Part shown: positions 14,311-27,400 of the stretch, in pieces
Layout of the letters: each line of letters opens with the position of its first letter
How positions within the stretch are numbered: the first letter of the stretch is position 1
Source: Hemiscyllium ocellatum
Taxonomy: Eukaryota
Length of the DNA: 64,000 nucleotides
Direction: 5' to 3'
Assembly: GCF_020745735.1 (NCBI RefSeq)
Contig: NW_026867533.1
Coordinates: forward strand, 62,001 to 126,000
Program-made: the position numbers and the translations under genes
Notes under the pieces: model-generated
Database searches by the model: none
Seen by the model: only the letters and a program-made list of their open reading frames with translations
What the model was told of the DNA's origin: nothing

Positions 14311-16949
14311 CTCTGATTGAAAATTGACTTTGTCAGAACCTGCATGGATTGTTACTCAACTTGGTTGTTCATGTTTCACTCTCTGCTGTAAGAAAACACT
14401 CCTTCCCAACTTCCATCAAATGAGAATGAGATAAAGCTCAGTGCTGTAATATTTCACTTTGTACTAACATCTGGATCAAACTAATATACCATTCAATGCA
14501 AATATAAAATAAATGGAACCAGTTTTAAAGTATCAAAGCAAATTATATTTTCCACCAAAGGAGTGTATTGAAATATTTCAATAGTTCTCATTGTGTCAAG
14601 TACCAGCAAACCGTGGAGTCTGTTCTTGTCTTTTATCTTGTCTAAAGAATAGGCTGACGAAAAGAACAGTGCATGAGGAGAGCAGTACAGTGTGGATCAG
14701 TGATTAACAGCAGGAGAATTATTCTCCAGATTAGAATAGATATGTAGTGGAATATACTAAAATGATAGAGTAAGAGAAGCTAAAGTGAGGTGTTGTCAGC
14801 TGAAAGTTTTATAAGCTTGTTAAAATCGGGTCAGCCAGGATCTTATTGAATAGTGGAGCAGGCTCGAAGGGCCAAGTGACCTGTTCCCATTTATTGTTCA
14901 TGCCGCGAAACAATTTTGCTAGTTACTCAAGCGAAGGTATTAAACACACATTTTAAACTGTTGCATGGGCACATGCTGACATTTCCATCTATGATTCCCA
15001 GGGTTTGATAGCATGTAGTTGACAGTGGCCCCAGGGGTTCTGCACTTGTTTCAGAGATCTGGAAAGAGATGTTTAGGATACTGTGAGATTGCATTAAGAT
15101 GTTATATAAATGCACAACTTTTCTACTTGCCTTCCTGCTGGGGTAGAGGGTGTTTTGCTCTTCATCAAACCTGTGCATCATTTGACTTCAATTTGCTTTT
15201 CTTTGTTGCATTATTGTATGGAGTTTATTCTCTTAAGTCAATAGCCTGGATTTTGCCCAAAGTTTAAGAGGATTTTACTCACATTGGTGAGTTTCTGTAT
15301 CCCATGAAGTAACTTCATTGCAGTCAGTAATGGGAAATAAAGCAGATCAAATATAATGTTGTTAATTGTTATTAGGTCAATTAATAGGGATAACTATATG
15401 CTGTTCTATGAGCCTCAGGATTTAAAAGCCTTTTCAGTAGGGCCACTGCTGATTTACCCAACGCGCTATATTGGTGAACTCACTGATACTGAAACCTCTA
15501 TAATCTGGGACAATGATGAAATACAAACTGACTGGAACCGCAACTTATCAGAAAAACTAGGGAACAGAGAGAGATTGGGGCCGAAGCTCAGAACACAGAG
15601 GCACTGCAAACCCAAGCACTCATTGACACAGCTTCTCGAGATGAGTTATGATGTGGTTCTGCACTATTCAGTTCTGATCTGTGATCGCAACCAATGCTTC
15701 TCTGTCAAGCAGATGTGGTTTATTGATAAAAATAATGTCTGCTAGAAGGTAACTACAAAGCTCTCTTGCGATAATGTGACACAGACTCAAGTGAAATGTG
15801 GAGTATCTCCTTTTCGGTCTTCTTGCATCCTTTCAAGTGGCAGCTGAATTTGGTGATCAGGTATCAGTTACTATCGAATTGAATGAAATCTTGTCAATGG
15901 TTCAGTTATTTACATTTCCCTATCTCTGAGGTTTGCTCCATTTCGTTATTAAAGAGCCAATGTGTGTGAGATCTCTTTAGTGCTGTCCATAGGATAGCCG
16001 TACTCCTGCCACTGTGCAACTGCATATTGATAGCTGCCTTTAAAAACAATCTGAATCTATGGTCGCATACTGGTGTAGGAACTGAGCGGGGCCCAGAACA
16101 GAATGAGCAACTCTTCAACTGCTGCAAACCAATGTCATTATCACAAGGGTGCTTTTGGTGCCATCTTCACTATTCAGAATAACAATTAGTTTTCCTGCTG
16201 GTGCAGCATTTCTCTCTATTACTTTACATAATAGTATGCTGTGTGTATGTGCATGTGGTTTGTTTCTATTTATTTCTGTTCCTCAATGACTTTGAAATTG
16301 TTGCTGTATAGGATCAAAGGTAAAGTAATGTCTCCACAAGGACATTGTTGCTGGTTTCCCTCTGAGACCAGTGCAGAACTTTACCAGTTCATTGTCGGCC
16401 TGATACATTATAGTGATGTTTCCCCTCTGCCAGCTGGGACAGCATGGACATTTGAGTATTGATGGAAATAAAGGTTTTTTTATTTCGGTCTTTAGTATTG
16501 TACTTATCAGGACACTCTCAAGAATACCAATGGGAAGGGAGAAAGCATTTAATCTGTCTGGGTAATGAGTGCTTATTGGTAAAGGCATGGAGAATGGACC
16601 AGGTGATGATTGCCAGTTAACAGCCAATGCTTGTTGTGATTTGACTAAATTGGTGATGGCCATTCTCGGACTCATTTGGCAGGGCAATACCTTGACCACA
16701 AAGGCAACCTACCAATTGAAAACTTAACAATGTTTAGCTGTTAACTGTCCGTCACCATCTGACCAGTCCATTTCCATTGGGGACATCTCGGTCAATCATT
16801 GTGCACTTTCCAAAGCATCAGAACTCTTTTCTTGTTCAGTGTAAAATGTTGTTTCCCTTCATATCAAAATCCTTGCAGCTATCCTGATGTATGCAAGACA
16901 AAAAAAAAGAGCATGTCCTATTTTATAGCAATATCCAATTTCTATTTAA

Positions 16950-18090
16950 AGTCTATTTAAACCCAAACTCTGGATCAGATACGTCGATGACACCTTTGTA
17001 ATCATCAAAAACACAGAAATAGAAAAAACACACCGAATCATCAACGCCACACTCACAGGAATACGATTCACGAGAAAAGAGGAAAAGGATAGGCAACTCC
17101 CATTCCTAGACGTGTTAGTAGAGAGAACAACCAACGGAGAATTCACCACAAGGGTACACAGGAAACCAACACACACGGACCAAGTCCTAAACTATGAAAG
17201 TAACCACCCCAACACACACAAACAAAGCTGCATCAGGACACTATTCAAAAGAGCCACAACACACTGCAGTACACCAGAACTGCGAAAAGAGGAAGAGGAA
17301 CACCTATACAAGGTATTCGCCAAAAACGGATACCCATGCAACTTTATCACCAGATGCCTAAGAGATAGACCACGGAACGAGGACATGCCACAACCAAAAG
17401 GACTAGCCACACTACCATACGTCAGGAGCGTCTCAGAACTGACAGCCAGACTACTGCGACCCTTAGGACTCATAACAGCACACAAGCCAACTTCCACACT
17501 CAGACAACAACTCACTAGAACAAAGGACCCAATAGCCAGCACGAGCCAAACTAACGTAGTTTACAAAATACCATGCAAGGACTGCACAAAACACTATATA
17601 GGACAAACAGGAAGACAGCTAACAATCCGCATCCATGAACATCAGCTAGCCACAAAACGACACGACCAGCTATCCCTAGTAGCCATACACTCAGACAACC
17701 AGGAACATGAATTTGACTGGGAAAACACTACCATCAAAGGACAAGCCAGACAGAACAGCCAGGGAATTCCTAGAGGCATGGCATTCATCCACAAACTCCA
17801 TTAACAGACACATAGACCTGGACCCCATATACAAACCACTACAGCTGAAACTGACACCCGGAAGCGGCAAGAACATCCATCAACAGACACATCGACCTGG
17901 ACCCCACATACAAACTAGTACAGCTGAAACTGACACCCGGAAGCGGCAAGAACAAACCACTATAAATACTGGAAGAAACATCAAAGCAGCGCTTCACAGG
18001 AGGCTCGAATAGCACTGATGATGTTCCCTAGCCAGGGAACGAAACGTTTGCAGCAAAAACTTCCAGCTCGGCGAACAGAACCACAACATC
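16950..18090 (+). mobile_element. 5'-truncated Penelope-like retroelement (Poseidon-type): RT C-terminus, GIY-YIG endonuclease, 3' pseudo-LTR
   Basis: Open frame from about 16950 with WIRYVDDTF (RT motif), then NVVYKIPCKDCTKHYIGQTGRQLTIRIHEH (GIY-YIG). Frameshift near 17750; 79-bp tandem duplication 17797-17875/17876-17954. Confidence 0.9.
18012..18051 (+). ncRNA. Minimal type I hammerhead ribozyme in the PLE pseudo-LTR
   Basis: GCA-CTGATGA-T-GTTCCCT-AGCC-AGGGAAC-GAAA-CG-TT-TGC: intact core, 7-bp stem II, palindromic stem III (AAACGTTT), stem I GCA/TGC. Confidence 0.75.
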
Positions 18091-18779
18091 CAATTCCTAT
18101 ATTTGCAAACAACCGTTTAATATGGGAACCTTTTGTTAATGGAGTATCCAACATCCAGCTGATATCATTAAAATGGAATCTAGTTTTCGAATTTGAAATG
18201 ATTTAACCCCCTGACACGCCCACTTTGTGCATGCAGATCCTTTTTGAATATTGTATCAGTCTGGCTGTTGAAAGACAGCTTTGGAAAGTTGTTTATTTCT
18301 GTCAACTTCTATTTAATGAATTGCTGAAACGGTAGATAATGCATCCTATTGCATTTACAAAACTGAGATATCGTGTGAAATCAGGAGATGTGCACAGTGC
18401 AAATAAAAATCCCATTTAATGCTGTCCCGGACAAGACTGGTAAACTTAAACTTGTGCTTATAGAGAAAGGACTGAGATCTTAACTGGCTCATTATCATCT
18501 AATGTATTGAGTTTAAACTTATGTCTATCTCTAAATTCTTGATCCACGCTGTCTCTTGTACCCCTTATATACACACTCTGTTCTCTGGTTCTCTGATTGC
18601 TTTTGTCCGTGAGTCTGGTCAAGTCCCCTGAATTAGCTGTACTTTACTGATAAACTTCCTTACATGCCCTCTGTACTCATTCTCACTTTGAAAGCTTGCT
18701 TAAAAGCCGGTTTCATGTCATTGGTCCTAACTCTTCTGATACATGCCAACAACCTTCTCCTGTTTGGCATTCGGTGCAT

Positions 18780-19557
18780 CCTTTTCCAGTTTGGAAGGTC
18801 AAACTCGAATGCTGAATATAGGGTTAAAGGCAGGATTCTTGGCAGTGTAGAGGAACAGAGGGATCTGGGTGTGCAAGTACATAGATCCCTCAAAGTTGCC
18901 ACCCAAGTGGATAGGGTTGTTAAGAAAGCAGATGGTGTTTAGACTTTCATTTACAAGGGAATCGACTTTGAGAGCAGCGAGGTTTTGCTACAGCTCTACA
19001 AGTCCCTGGTGAGACCACACCTGGAATATTGTGTCCAGTTCTGGTCACCCTGCTATAAGAAATAGATAGAGGCTTTGGAGAGGGTGCAAAGAAGGTTTAC
19101 CAGGATGCTGCCTGGACTGGAGGGCTTGCCTTATGAAGAAAGGTTGAATAAGCTCAGACTTTTCTCTCTGGAGAGAAGGAGGAAGAGAGGAGACCTGATC
19201 GAGGTATACAAAATAATGAGAGGAATAGATAAAATCAAAAGCTAGAGAATTTTCCCCAGGACAGGATTGACTGGTACGAGGGGGTCATAGTTTTAAGATA
19301 TTAGGAGAAAGGTATAGAGGAGACGTTAGAGGTAGGTTCTTTATGCAGAGTGTTGTGAATGCATGGAATGCTTTCCCAGCAGTGGTGGTGGAAGCAGAGT
19401 CATTAGGGACATTTAAGTGACTGCTGGACATGCAAATGTTTAGCAGTGAGTTGAGAGGTGTGTGGGTTGTTATTATATTTTACATTAGGATTAGACCTCG
19501 GCACACTGTCGTGGGCCAAAGGGCCTGTTCTGTGCTGTATTTTTCTATGTTCTATGT
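18780..19557 (+). mobile_element. CR1 LINE 3' fragment
   Basis: [29 protein letters not shown] through to GGGCCAAAGGGCCTGTTCTGTGCTGTATTTTTCTATGTTCTATG tail. Confidence 0.85.
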
Positions 19558-21904
19558 TAAAGCATCTCATAAATGTGAGTATTAATATCCACTTTGGCAG
19601 ATTTAATTGATTCTCATTGGAATGTATCTGCCAAACCTTTAGCAAAACCGAATCAGCAAACAGCTTCAGACTGTGCACACGTCCAACACAAAACATTGCT
19701 GCTCCTCATTCACTTTTCAAATGCACTGCTCCATTCCAAATAGCGGACCACCCATTCCCATTCATAGACATTTGTTTCTGATGGATGGAAGTGGTTGTTT
19801 CTGTACTTCTGCCATTTTTATTGAACTAATCTCAAGTTACACTTTAGAATTTGACGGTCTGGCCAAGACTGTTTGTGTTAAGCTTTATCAATTTTGACCA
19901 GGTTGCCAGCTCTTCATGTTCTTGAATATTGGAATGGGACTGGGTTCTATCAGCCCTCTAGGGACAGGCTGCAAGGTCATTAGGTGGATAGTGGAGTGGA
20001 AGATGATAAGGGAAGGAAGGAGTTTCCACCTCCGTAGTATTTTATTGATCCCAAATTCGGGAAAGGATGACCACTCAGGTGGCCAATGCAGAGTCTGTTC
20101 CTGCCAATGCTGGCAGTTTATTAGCAGTAAGGTCCTCCGTTGTGTGGGAGACTTCCCCCTGCATCCTAGTGACACACCTGGAGGATGTCCCTCCTAATGG
20201 AGTACCTTATGGCTCACAACAGGGTATCCCATCTGCACACTGGAACAGTCCCCTATCCATGGTGGCGATCATTACGGGAACTGGAAATCAGAGTAAGTGA
20301 GTGAAAGAAGCCGTGAGGGCTAGAGTGTTCACAACATTCCCAGGACCAGGTTGGCAGCTCCTACTGAGGCCATTAATAAGTCATTGAGATCCCCCAATTG
20401 GTGCATGGACAATGGGTTACTCCTACTCCTAGTAAGAGTACTGTGATTACTGCTTTTTCAGTCTATCAAGCAAATAGTGAAGTGGGGCCATGTGATAAAA
20501 TCATTTACTTTCAGTGCTGGATACTTGAGACTTTTTTGTGAGAAACTTTATAATTCTTCTAAATGTTCTTAATGCACTTTTTGTTTCATACAATGGTGAT
20601 TTTCTACATAGGATTACAGAGGAAAAACAGACCGTTTGGCACAATCAGTTTATGCCAGTGTGTATGTTCTACTCAAGGTGTTTCACATCTTTCCTCATCT
20701 AAATCGCCCGTTGTAATTCTCTATTCCCATCCCTTCCAAGTGCTCCCCTAGTTTCCTTGAAATACATCTAAACTATTGATTTCAACTATTCCGTCTGGTC
20801 ACATATTCCCCATTCTCATCATTCTTTCAGTGAAGAGGTTTCTTCTGAATTCCCTTTTGGATTTCTTGAGGTACCGTCTTATATTGACAGCCTCGAGTTA
20901 TATTCTATCCCACAGTGAAATGTTTTCTCTGTACCTTCACTTTTCAAAACCTTTCATAATTTTAGAACTGTCAGCCTTCTTTTCAAGAGAGAAGTGAACA
21001 GCACAACAATTCTTCCTTGATATACACAGCCAGAAACTTGTGTATCATTCTCATAAGTCATCTCTTCACTCTCTCTCATACATTCTACAATATGTCAACT
21101 CGAACTGCAGGCAATACTCTGAATTATAGTCAACCAAATTTTTATAGTGACCCTACTTTCAAATCTATCCCTTTAGAGATAAAACTTAGAGCTTTGTTTG
21201 CATTTTTATGGCCTTTGAGACTTGTGGTGAAATTGTTAGTGATTGATGTAATTGTCTGAAATCCCTTTGTTTGTCTCCCTCACTTAGACGTGCATCTTAA
21301 ATAAGTGACCTGCACATTATTCCTACCAAGCTGTAACATCTTACGTTTATCTGTGTGGATCTTCATTTGCTAATTATTTGAACATACCATCAATTAATTA
21401 ATGATCTCTTGCAACTTCTTGTAGTCCTCAGAATTGGCTACATTTCAACATTCCTTTCCAATTTGGTGTCATTGAATTGCTAATTTTTTTGTCGTAATTA
21501 GACGCAATATTTAATTTGCAGTTTTACTTTATTTTGTTTTGAATTTTTAGAGAGGTGCAGTAATCCACACGTTAACTATAATAACTAAATGTAGAATGAC
21601 AGATAGATGAAAATTATTACCAACACAGGACTAATTAATAAACTCTATTAACTTCACGGTCAAAACAGCGAATTATTTTTTACACAAATGATATGGTGAG
21701 ATGATCTGTAGTGCAATAACTTTTTGTCCATTTTTTTTCTTGCAGTTTATTTCCCCAGGCCTTTCTGTGCTACTGATATGAAATTGAAAAGGCACCCATT
21801 CTCCACTTTAAACTAAATGATAATAAAAAAAACAGCATTTATAGAAAATGCAACATGATTTATGAAGCCATCCCTCTAGGCGTATACATTTTCACAGCCA
21901 TGTA

Positions 21905-23220
21905 GAGTTATATAGGGAGAGGCTGAAAAGGCTGGGGCTGATTTCTCTGGAATGTTGGAGGCTGAGGCATGACTTTATAAAGGTTGATAAAATCATCAGA
22001 GGCATGGATACGGTGAATAGACAAGGTCTTTTCCCTGAGGTGGGTGGAGTCTCATCTAAACCGTGAGTATAGGTTTAGAGTGAGAGGGGAAAAAGTTGAA
22101 AGTACCTAAGGAGTAACTTTTTCATGCTGAGGATGGTGTGTATGGAATGAACTGCCAGAGGAAGCGGTGGAGGCTGGTGCAATTTCAACATTTAAAAGGC
22201 ATCTGAGAGTGTATAAGAATAGGAAGGGTTTAGAGGGATATGGGCCAAGTACTGGCAAATGGGACTAGATTAGTTTAGGATATCTGGTCAGCATGGGCAA
22301 GTGAGACTGAAAGATCTGTTTCCAAGTTGTACATCTCTATGACTCTATGATCTACCCCTTTGCTCTTAATGTACTAGTCGAATCTCCTTGGATTATCTTT
22401 AACATTATCTCCCAAGGCTATCTCATTTTCCTTTCTTGCCCTCCTCATTTCCCTCTTTAGAATGTCCCTGCACCTCTTGTACTCTTCGAGATTCACTTGA
22501 TCTCATTTATCTATATCTAATATATGATTCATTCTTAATCTGAACCAGAGCCTCGATATCTTTATTCCTCCAGTGTTCCCTCCTCTTACCAGCCTTACCT
22601 TCACACTAACTGGAACATCACGCCTCCGAACTCTCGTTATCTCACTTCTGAAAGCTTCACTCTTGCCGGCCGTCCCTTGAGCTGCAAACAGTCTACTCCA
22701 ATCAACTCTTGAATGATTTTGTCTCATACTATCAAAATTTGCCCTAGTTAAATTAAGAACTTTAACTTATACATAATGCCAATCCTTTCCATAGATGTTT
22801 TAAACTAATCAAATTATGACCCCGGCCCCAAAAAGCTCCCCTACTAACCATTCAGTCACTTGCCCTGTCTTATATCACAAGAGTAGGTCAGGTTTGCTCC
22901 TTCTGTGATAGTTACATCTGCATATTAATGAAGAAAATTGACTTTAACACTTACCAAATTCCTCACCATCCAAGCTCTTAAGACCATGACTGTCCCACTT
23001 TATGTTTGGAAGGTTAAAATTTGCGATTATTACAATCCTATTATTCTTACGTATAAATAAGATCTCTCCACGTATTTGTTACTCAATTTCACTCTGACTA
23101 CTGGGGGGACTATTACAATTGCATCAAAGTAATCATGCCCTTCTTATTTATGAGTTCCATCCACATAGCTTCACTGGACCATCCCTCAGAAATACCTTGT
23201 GGTAGAACAGCAGTAATGTT
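21905..23220. mobile_element. Two adjacent CR1 fragments (about 21905-22350 plus, 22390-23220 minus)
   Basis: CR1 3' region with CTATGACTCTATG tail, followed by an opposite-strand ORF2 linker relic. Confidence 0.65.
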
Positions 23221-23798
23221 TCACCACAAGAAAAATTGACTCCAATCTCCTTCTAGCTCTTCCTACTTCTGCCGTACCTTTGATGGTGGGAGTGGCTTTG
23301 AACATAAATTATTCAATTTACTGGTGATGGTTAGTAGCTGAAAATAAAGATACTATGGGGGACTTGGGTGATGGGAAATAAAAGGTTGCATTGTGTGGAA
23401 GGAAAATTCTGGATATAATCAAGAATTTTAAAAAACTAACTCCACTCTGTCTGCCCAGGTCTTCCCTACACCGCTGTACCTCCAGAGTACTTTCCTTTTA
23501 TTTTGATGAGTTCAAGTTAATCTCACCCGCTGTTTTGTACTTGTCAACCATTTGTTAACGGGTGTTTGCTGTTTCAGAATGTAGGTTGCCTTATTGTGTA
23601 TGTTCTCAGAGTTCAGTGTTTGGAGTCCTTGTTGTTCCAACCTGTGCTTTGGTCTCTAATGCAAAATTACAGCAAAATATTAACAGCAATTTAAGGTAAA
23701 ATGTTAGGATATTGGAAGAACAGCATAGAGCATCAAGTTTGACAGAGGGGTTGTGGGAAAGGACGTGGAAAGCAGCAGGGTTTCCAGAACTTCTGATC

Positions 23799-24462
23799 TC
23801 TGCCTTCTCTGATCGAAATCAACCTGTGATTGATCATTTTTGAGGATTGTTATTCATTAATATCGGTGTGTCAGATAGATCTCCGTCTCAGGGAGGGGTG
23901 ACGTGCTCCTTTGTTTTGTGATGAACTCAGGGGAACATACAATAGGAAGGGGGTAAACCCAAAGGGGTGAAGGAGCAGAGGATCCTCCGTGTGTATGTGC
24001 ACAAATCAGGGAATGGACCATGACACGTGGACAGAAGAGCAAATAAACCCTACTTCATCAATAACACCGCAGAGAACAAACACAAAGCTATTATGTTACA
24101 CTGAAATCAAACAGTCTCTTGTCTCACCTGGAATATTGCAGCTAGTTTCAGGTGCCACATTTTTGACAAAATGCGAAGTTATGAGATTGGGTGCGTGACT
24201 GATTCACAGTACTGTTCCCGGGATGATACACCTCACCAACTCTGAGAAATTGAGAATGTTCTCCTCTGCTGATAGTTCCCAGACTCTGTGAACAGTTGCT
24301 ATGATTGGTTCTCAATTCCGTCTTGCATCATATAGATCCCAATGGCTGAATATTTCAGGGACTCATGAGCTCTGCCTTGTCTGATCAACATCGACCTCTG
24401 ATTTATTATTTTTGAGGGTTGCTGTTCAGTAATATCCCTGTATCAGATAGATCCCAGTCTCA
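23799..24462. repeat. Dispersed 92-bp direct repeat (23799-23890 and 24371-24462) with a third partial copy near 24481
   Basis: Ungapped alignment, 76/92 identical; ends ..TCAGATAGATC.C.GTCTCA. Confidence 0.8.
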
Positions 24463-25068
24463 TTTCCTGGGATTTGACAGGTGTGGTGTGTCAAATAGAT
24501 CCCAGGAATTCTGCTCCATGAGATTTATGTGTGAGAAAAACACCAGTTCTGAGAATCCGCCCTTGGATTGTGCACATGTTGCTGTCTGACTACCTGACTG
24601 AACGTTGACATTTTTGGCTGATGAATGTTTCGTTGGGTGTTTTAGGTGGTGAGTTATGCATTACTAACCCAGGCTGTCCGGACATTGGGAGTACATGTAG
24701 TTTAGACGGTGTAGAGTAAACTTTCAAACTCCTTTGCCTGCCTTTTATAGGCTTCTGGTGGAGCAAAGCTCCTAATTTGTATCATTACGTGACCCGAGGC
24801 CGTGACCCTTGGTGCATAAGAGGAAATGTTCTCTAATCATTCTGCCTCTGGAGTGTTCCATCAGGCATATCGTGTGAAAGATGTATTTACATTAGTGGGC
24901 GGCATGGCAGCGCAACATTAAACTAAATGACTGGATGAAACACAACCAAACAGAACAAGTGAAAGTATTTGGCTGGGAAAGGAGTAGGATGTGGGAAAAT
25001 GTATGATTACTGACTGGCCTTGAAGAAAGAATGAAGCAAACTCAAGGTTAGTGCATATTCATTCGAGA

Positions 25069-25074
25069 TTTATT
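25069..25074 (-). terminator. Probable AATAAA poly(A) signal for membrane mu mRNA
   Basis: An AATAAA on the minus strand about 425 nt after the TM2 stop; actual use not shown. Confidence 0.5.
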
Positions 25075-25497
25075 AACCATTTCAGAAAGCATTTTCATCC
25101 AAAAAGTTGATGTAAAAGCTAACAGAAGTGAATATAATGGCTGGTTGCCACATTGAGATGAGAACACATGCGCTGTGAGGTGGGAATTTTCTGTACATCA
25201 GTAACAGTCACAAGAAAGGGAATACAAAGGCTGATCAGAAAGGGTAGGCAACCATTAAGGAACAAATAAAAACAAAACAAATGGGCTTCAAACAACAGGG
25301 AAGCTATAAATTCTTCCAACCACAACCATCTCAAAGATATCAAAGTAAAAACGAAAATCCATCAATAATTGTCTCAGTTACACACTGATAAACTGCAGTG
25401 ATCTCACTGTTAGAGTCAGCAACAGGACAGATTGTAGATTGGGAATTCAGAGACCTTGATAAGCAGATCAGGAAAATCAAAGGGGTCCACAATTCAT

Positions 25498-25506
25498 TCA
25501 CTTAAC
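25498..25506 (-). CDS. IGHM: IgM TM2 exon (VK*)
   Basis: Polypyrimidine acceptor TCTCTCTTTTCCAG|GTTAAGTGA completes the canonical KVK cytoplasmic tail; 139-nt intron. Confidence 0.9.
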   Translation of the reverse strand, partial: VK

Positions 25507-25645
25507 CTGGAAAAGAGAGATAAAGCAATGACGCAGATATTTATGATCAGGGACTTTCAGAATTAATGTTTATTCAATGGCACACTTAGAGATTTCACAA
25601 AACATATTGGGCTGCTTGGCGTGAGAAAGATGTGATTATTCTCAC

Positions 25646-25773
25646 CTTCACCAGAGTGACGGCAGCGCTGTAGAAAATACTCAGGAAGAACAAGGTGATG
25701 AACGTGGAAGCAGTTGTCCAGATGTTGCTGTTATCATCCTCATAGTCTTCAATCCAAGTGCGATCTATTGAAT
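25646..25773 (-). CDS. IGHM: IgM TM1 exon
   Basis: Acceptor TTCATAG|AT; DSIDRTWIEDYEDDNSNIWTTASTFITLFFLSIFYSAAVTLVK with the CART-type transmembrane motif; phase-0 donor AAG|GTGAGA. Confidence 0.95.
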
Positions 25774-26284
25774 CTATGAATATAAAGCCGAGAGAACACA
25801 TTTAGATCGTTTATTGATCCAGATCGATCTATGTGCATCCAAGTCATGTAATTAGAGACCATTACATCTTCATAAAGCAGTCAGGTATTTCTCAAGTGTG
25901 ACTCTTATCTGTATCCATCAGTGCATTATTGACTCTCAGCAAGAAATTACAAATACTAACTGCACATGTTCTTTCGTCATTGTCCATGTCAGAATGTTTT
26001 AAATTATTTTTCTTTTAATCTATTATTTAAGGATATTATTATTTGAGGAATGCTTATTACGAATGATTCTTTTAATTATATCATTATATTTTAAGTATAG
26101 GCTGTGACAGCACTTTAGTTGAAAATTGTGGCCATCACTGAATAAAAGTTCAAATGTGATTCTCACCTTTATGTATTGGTGACCAATTGCTTGGCAAATC
26201 GTGAATATAAGTGACATCACAGTCAGGACATTGCTTCACATTTTTGTTTGTAGGATCTGTATATTTAGGAATAAGTTTTTGTAC

Positions 26285-27400
26285 ATGTGTCCCTTAATTT
26301 ATTTGACCTACTGCTTGGTGTGTTTGGTTTCCCTTTAATGTTTGTGTATGTGGTTATGAGAGTCTCTTACTTCACACTTGCCCATGTTGGAGTCTGTGCA
26401 TGTATAAACATATTCCTGTTCCTTTACTGCTGGTGTGCTCATGTGTTTGGGCACCGAAATTTTGGTCTTTTCACATTGTGTAAGCATCATCATGCTAATA
26501 TGCCATTTTGTTGCTGCCTATGCTTATCTTGTAATGTCTTTGTGAGTGTTCACTTTTCATTAGTGCTATCTCAAATGTGCACTTATGTGTCTGTTTCAGG
26601 TCCTACCTAAACGAGGTTATTTTCATGTTTATGCTTAATAAATGTTAGCATGCAATGTTATGTTTTGATGGATGTTTATATTTATATGATGATGTTTGCT
26701 TGTGTGGCAATCTTTCCCAAACCATCTCCTGAGAAGCTTGTTTGTGTTACTGTGTGTGGATGCTTGCTGATGCTTGTGCCCATTCTCCTTATTTAATAAA
26801 CGCCCCTCTATTTGTTGATCTATGCACTTGTGTGTCTGCATGTGAGACTCTGAATTTGTGTGTACGTGTGACATTGTATACATGCTGATCAATGTGGTTT
26901 AAAAATAACTAATTAAGCTGCCTCTGTCATCGTATGTTTGTGATTCTGAAAATGGGAAAATAATGATATTAATATTTATCTCTGTGCACTTACGTGCCTG
27001 TATGAGTTGACATGTGGGAGGACATTTTTCGGAATTTGTATCTGTGTGTTCATGCGTGTATGTCTGTACGCATTGTGCTGTATGAATGTATATGTATTCA
27101 TGCCCACTTGTGTGTTACCGTGTGTCTATATTTCTCATGGTTATGTGTGAGTACCCCTGTTCATTTGTGCAAATAATTTTCTTTCGGTGTATGTGAGTTT
27201 TTGTATGAGCTTAGGTGAGTGTTCAAGTATCACTTGCATGTGTGGCTCTGTGCAAGTATGCGTGTGTGACATCTTATCTATATGCACATTTGAGTGTGCA
27301 CATAAAAACGTGTCTTTAGGTGAGAGCCCATATATGTGTCATTACGTGTGTATTTGCGATCATCTCTCTGTATCTGTTCTTATACCAGACTGCAATTTTT
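26285..27400. repeat. Degenerate TG/CA-rich low-complexity tract in the CH4-TM1 intron
   Basis: Dense TGTG, ATGT and TGTGTG motifs for about 1.1 kb without a long perfect dinucleotide run. Confidence 0.7.

Noticed and set aside
16283-16699. 138-aa minus ORF and the overlapping plus ORF
   Set aside because: No recognisable domain; only a faint resemblance to retroelement RT/RNase H, too weak to call.
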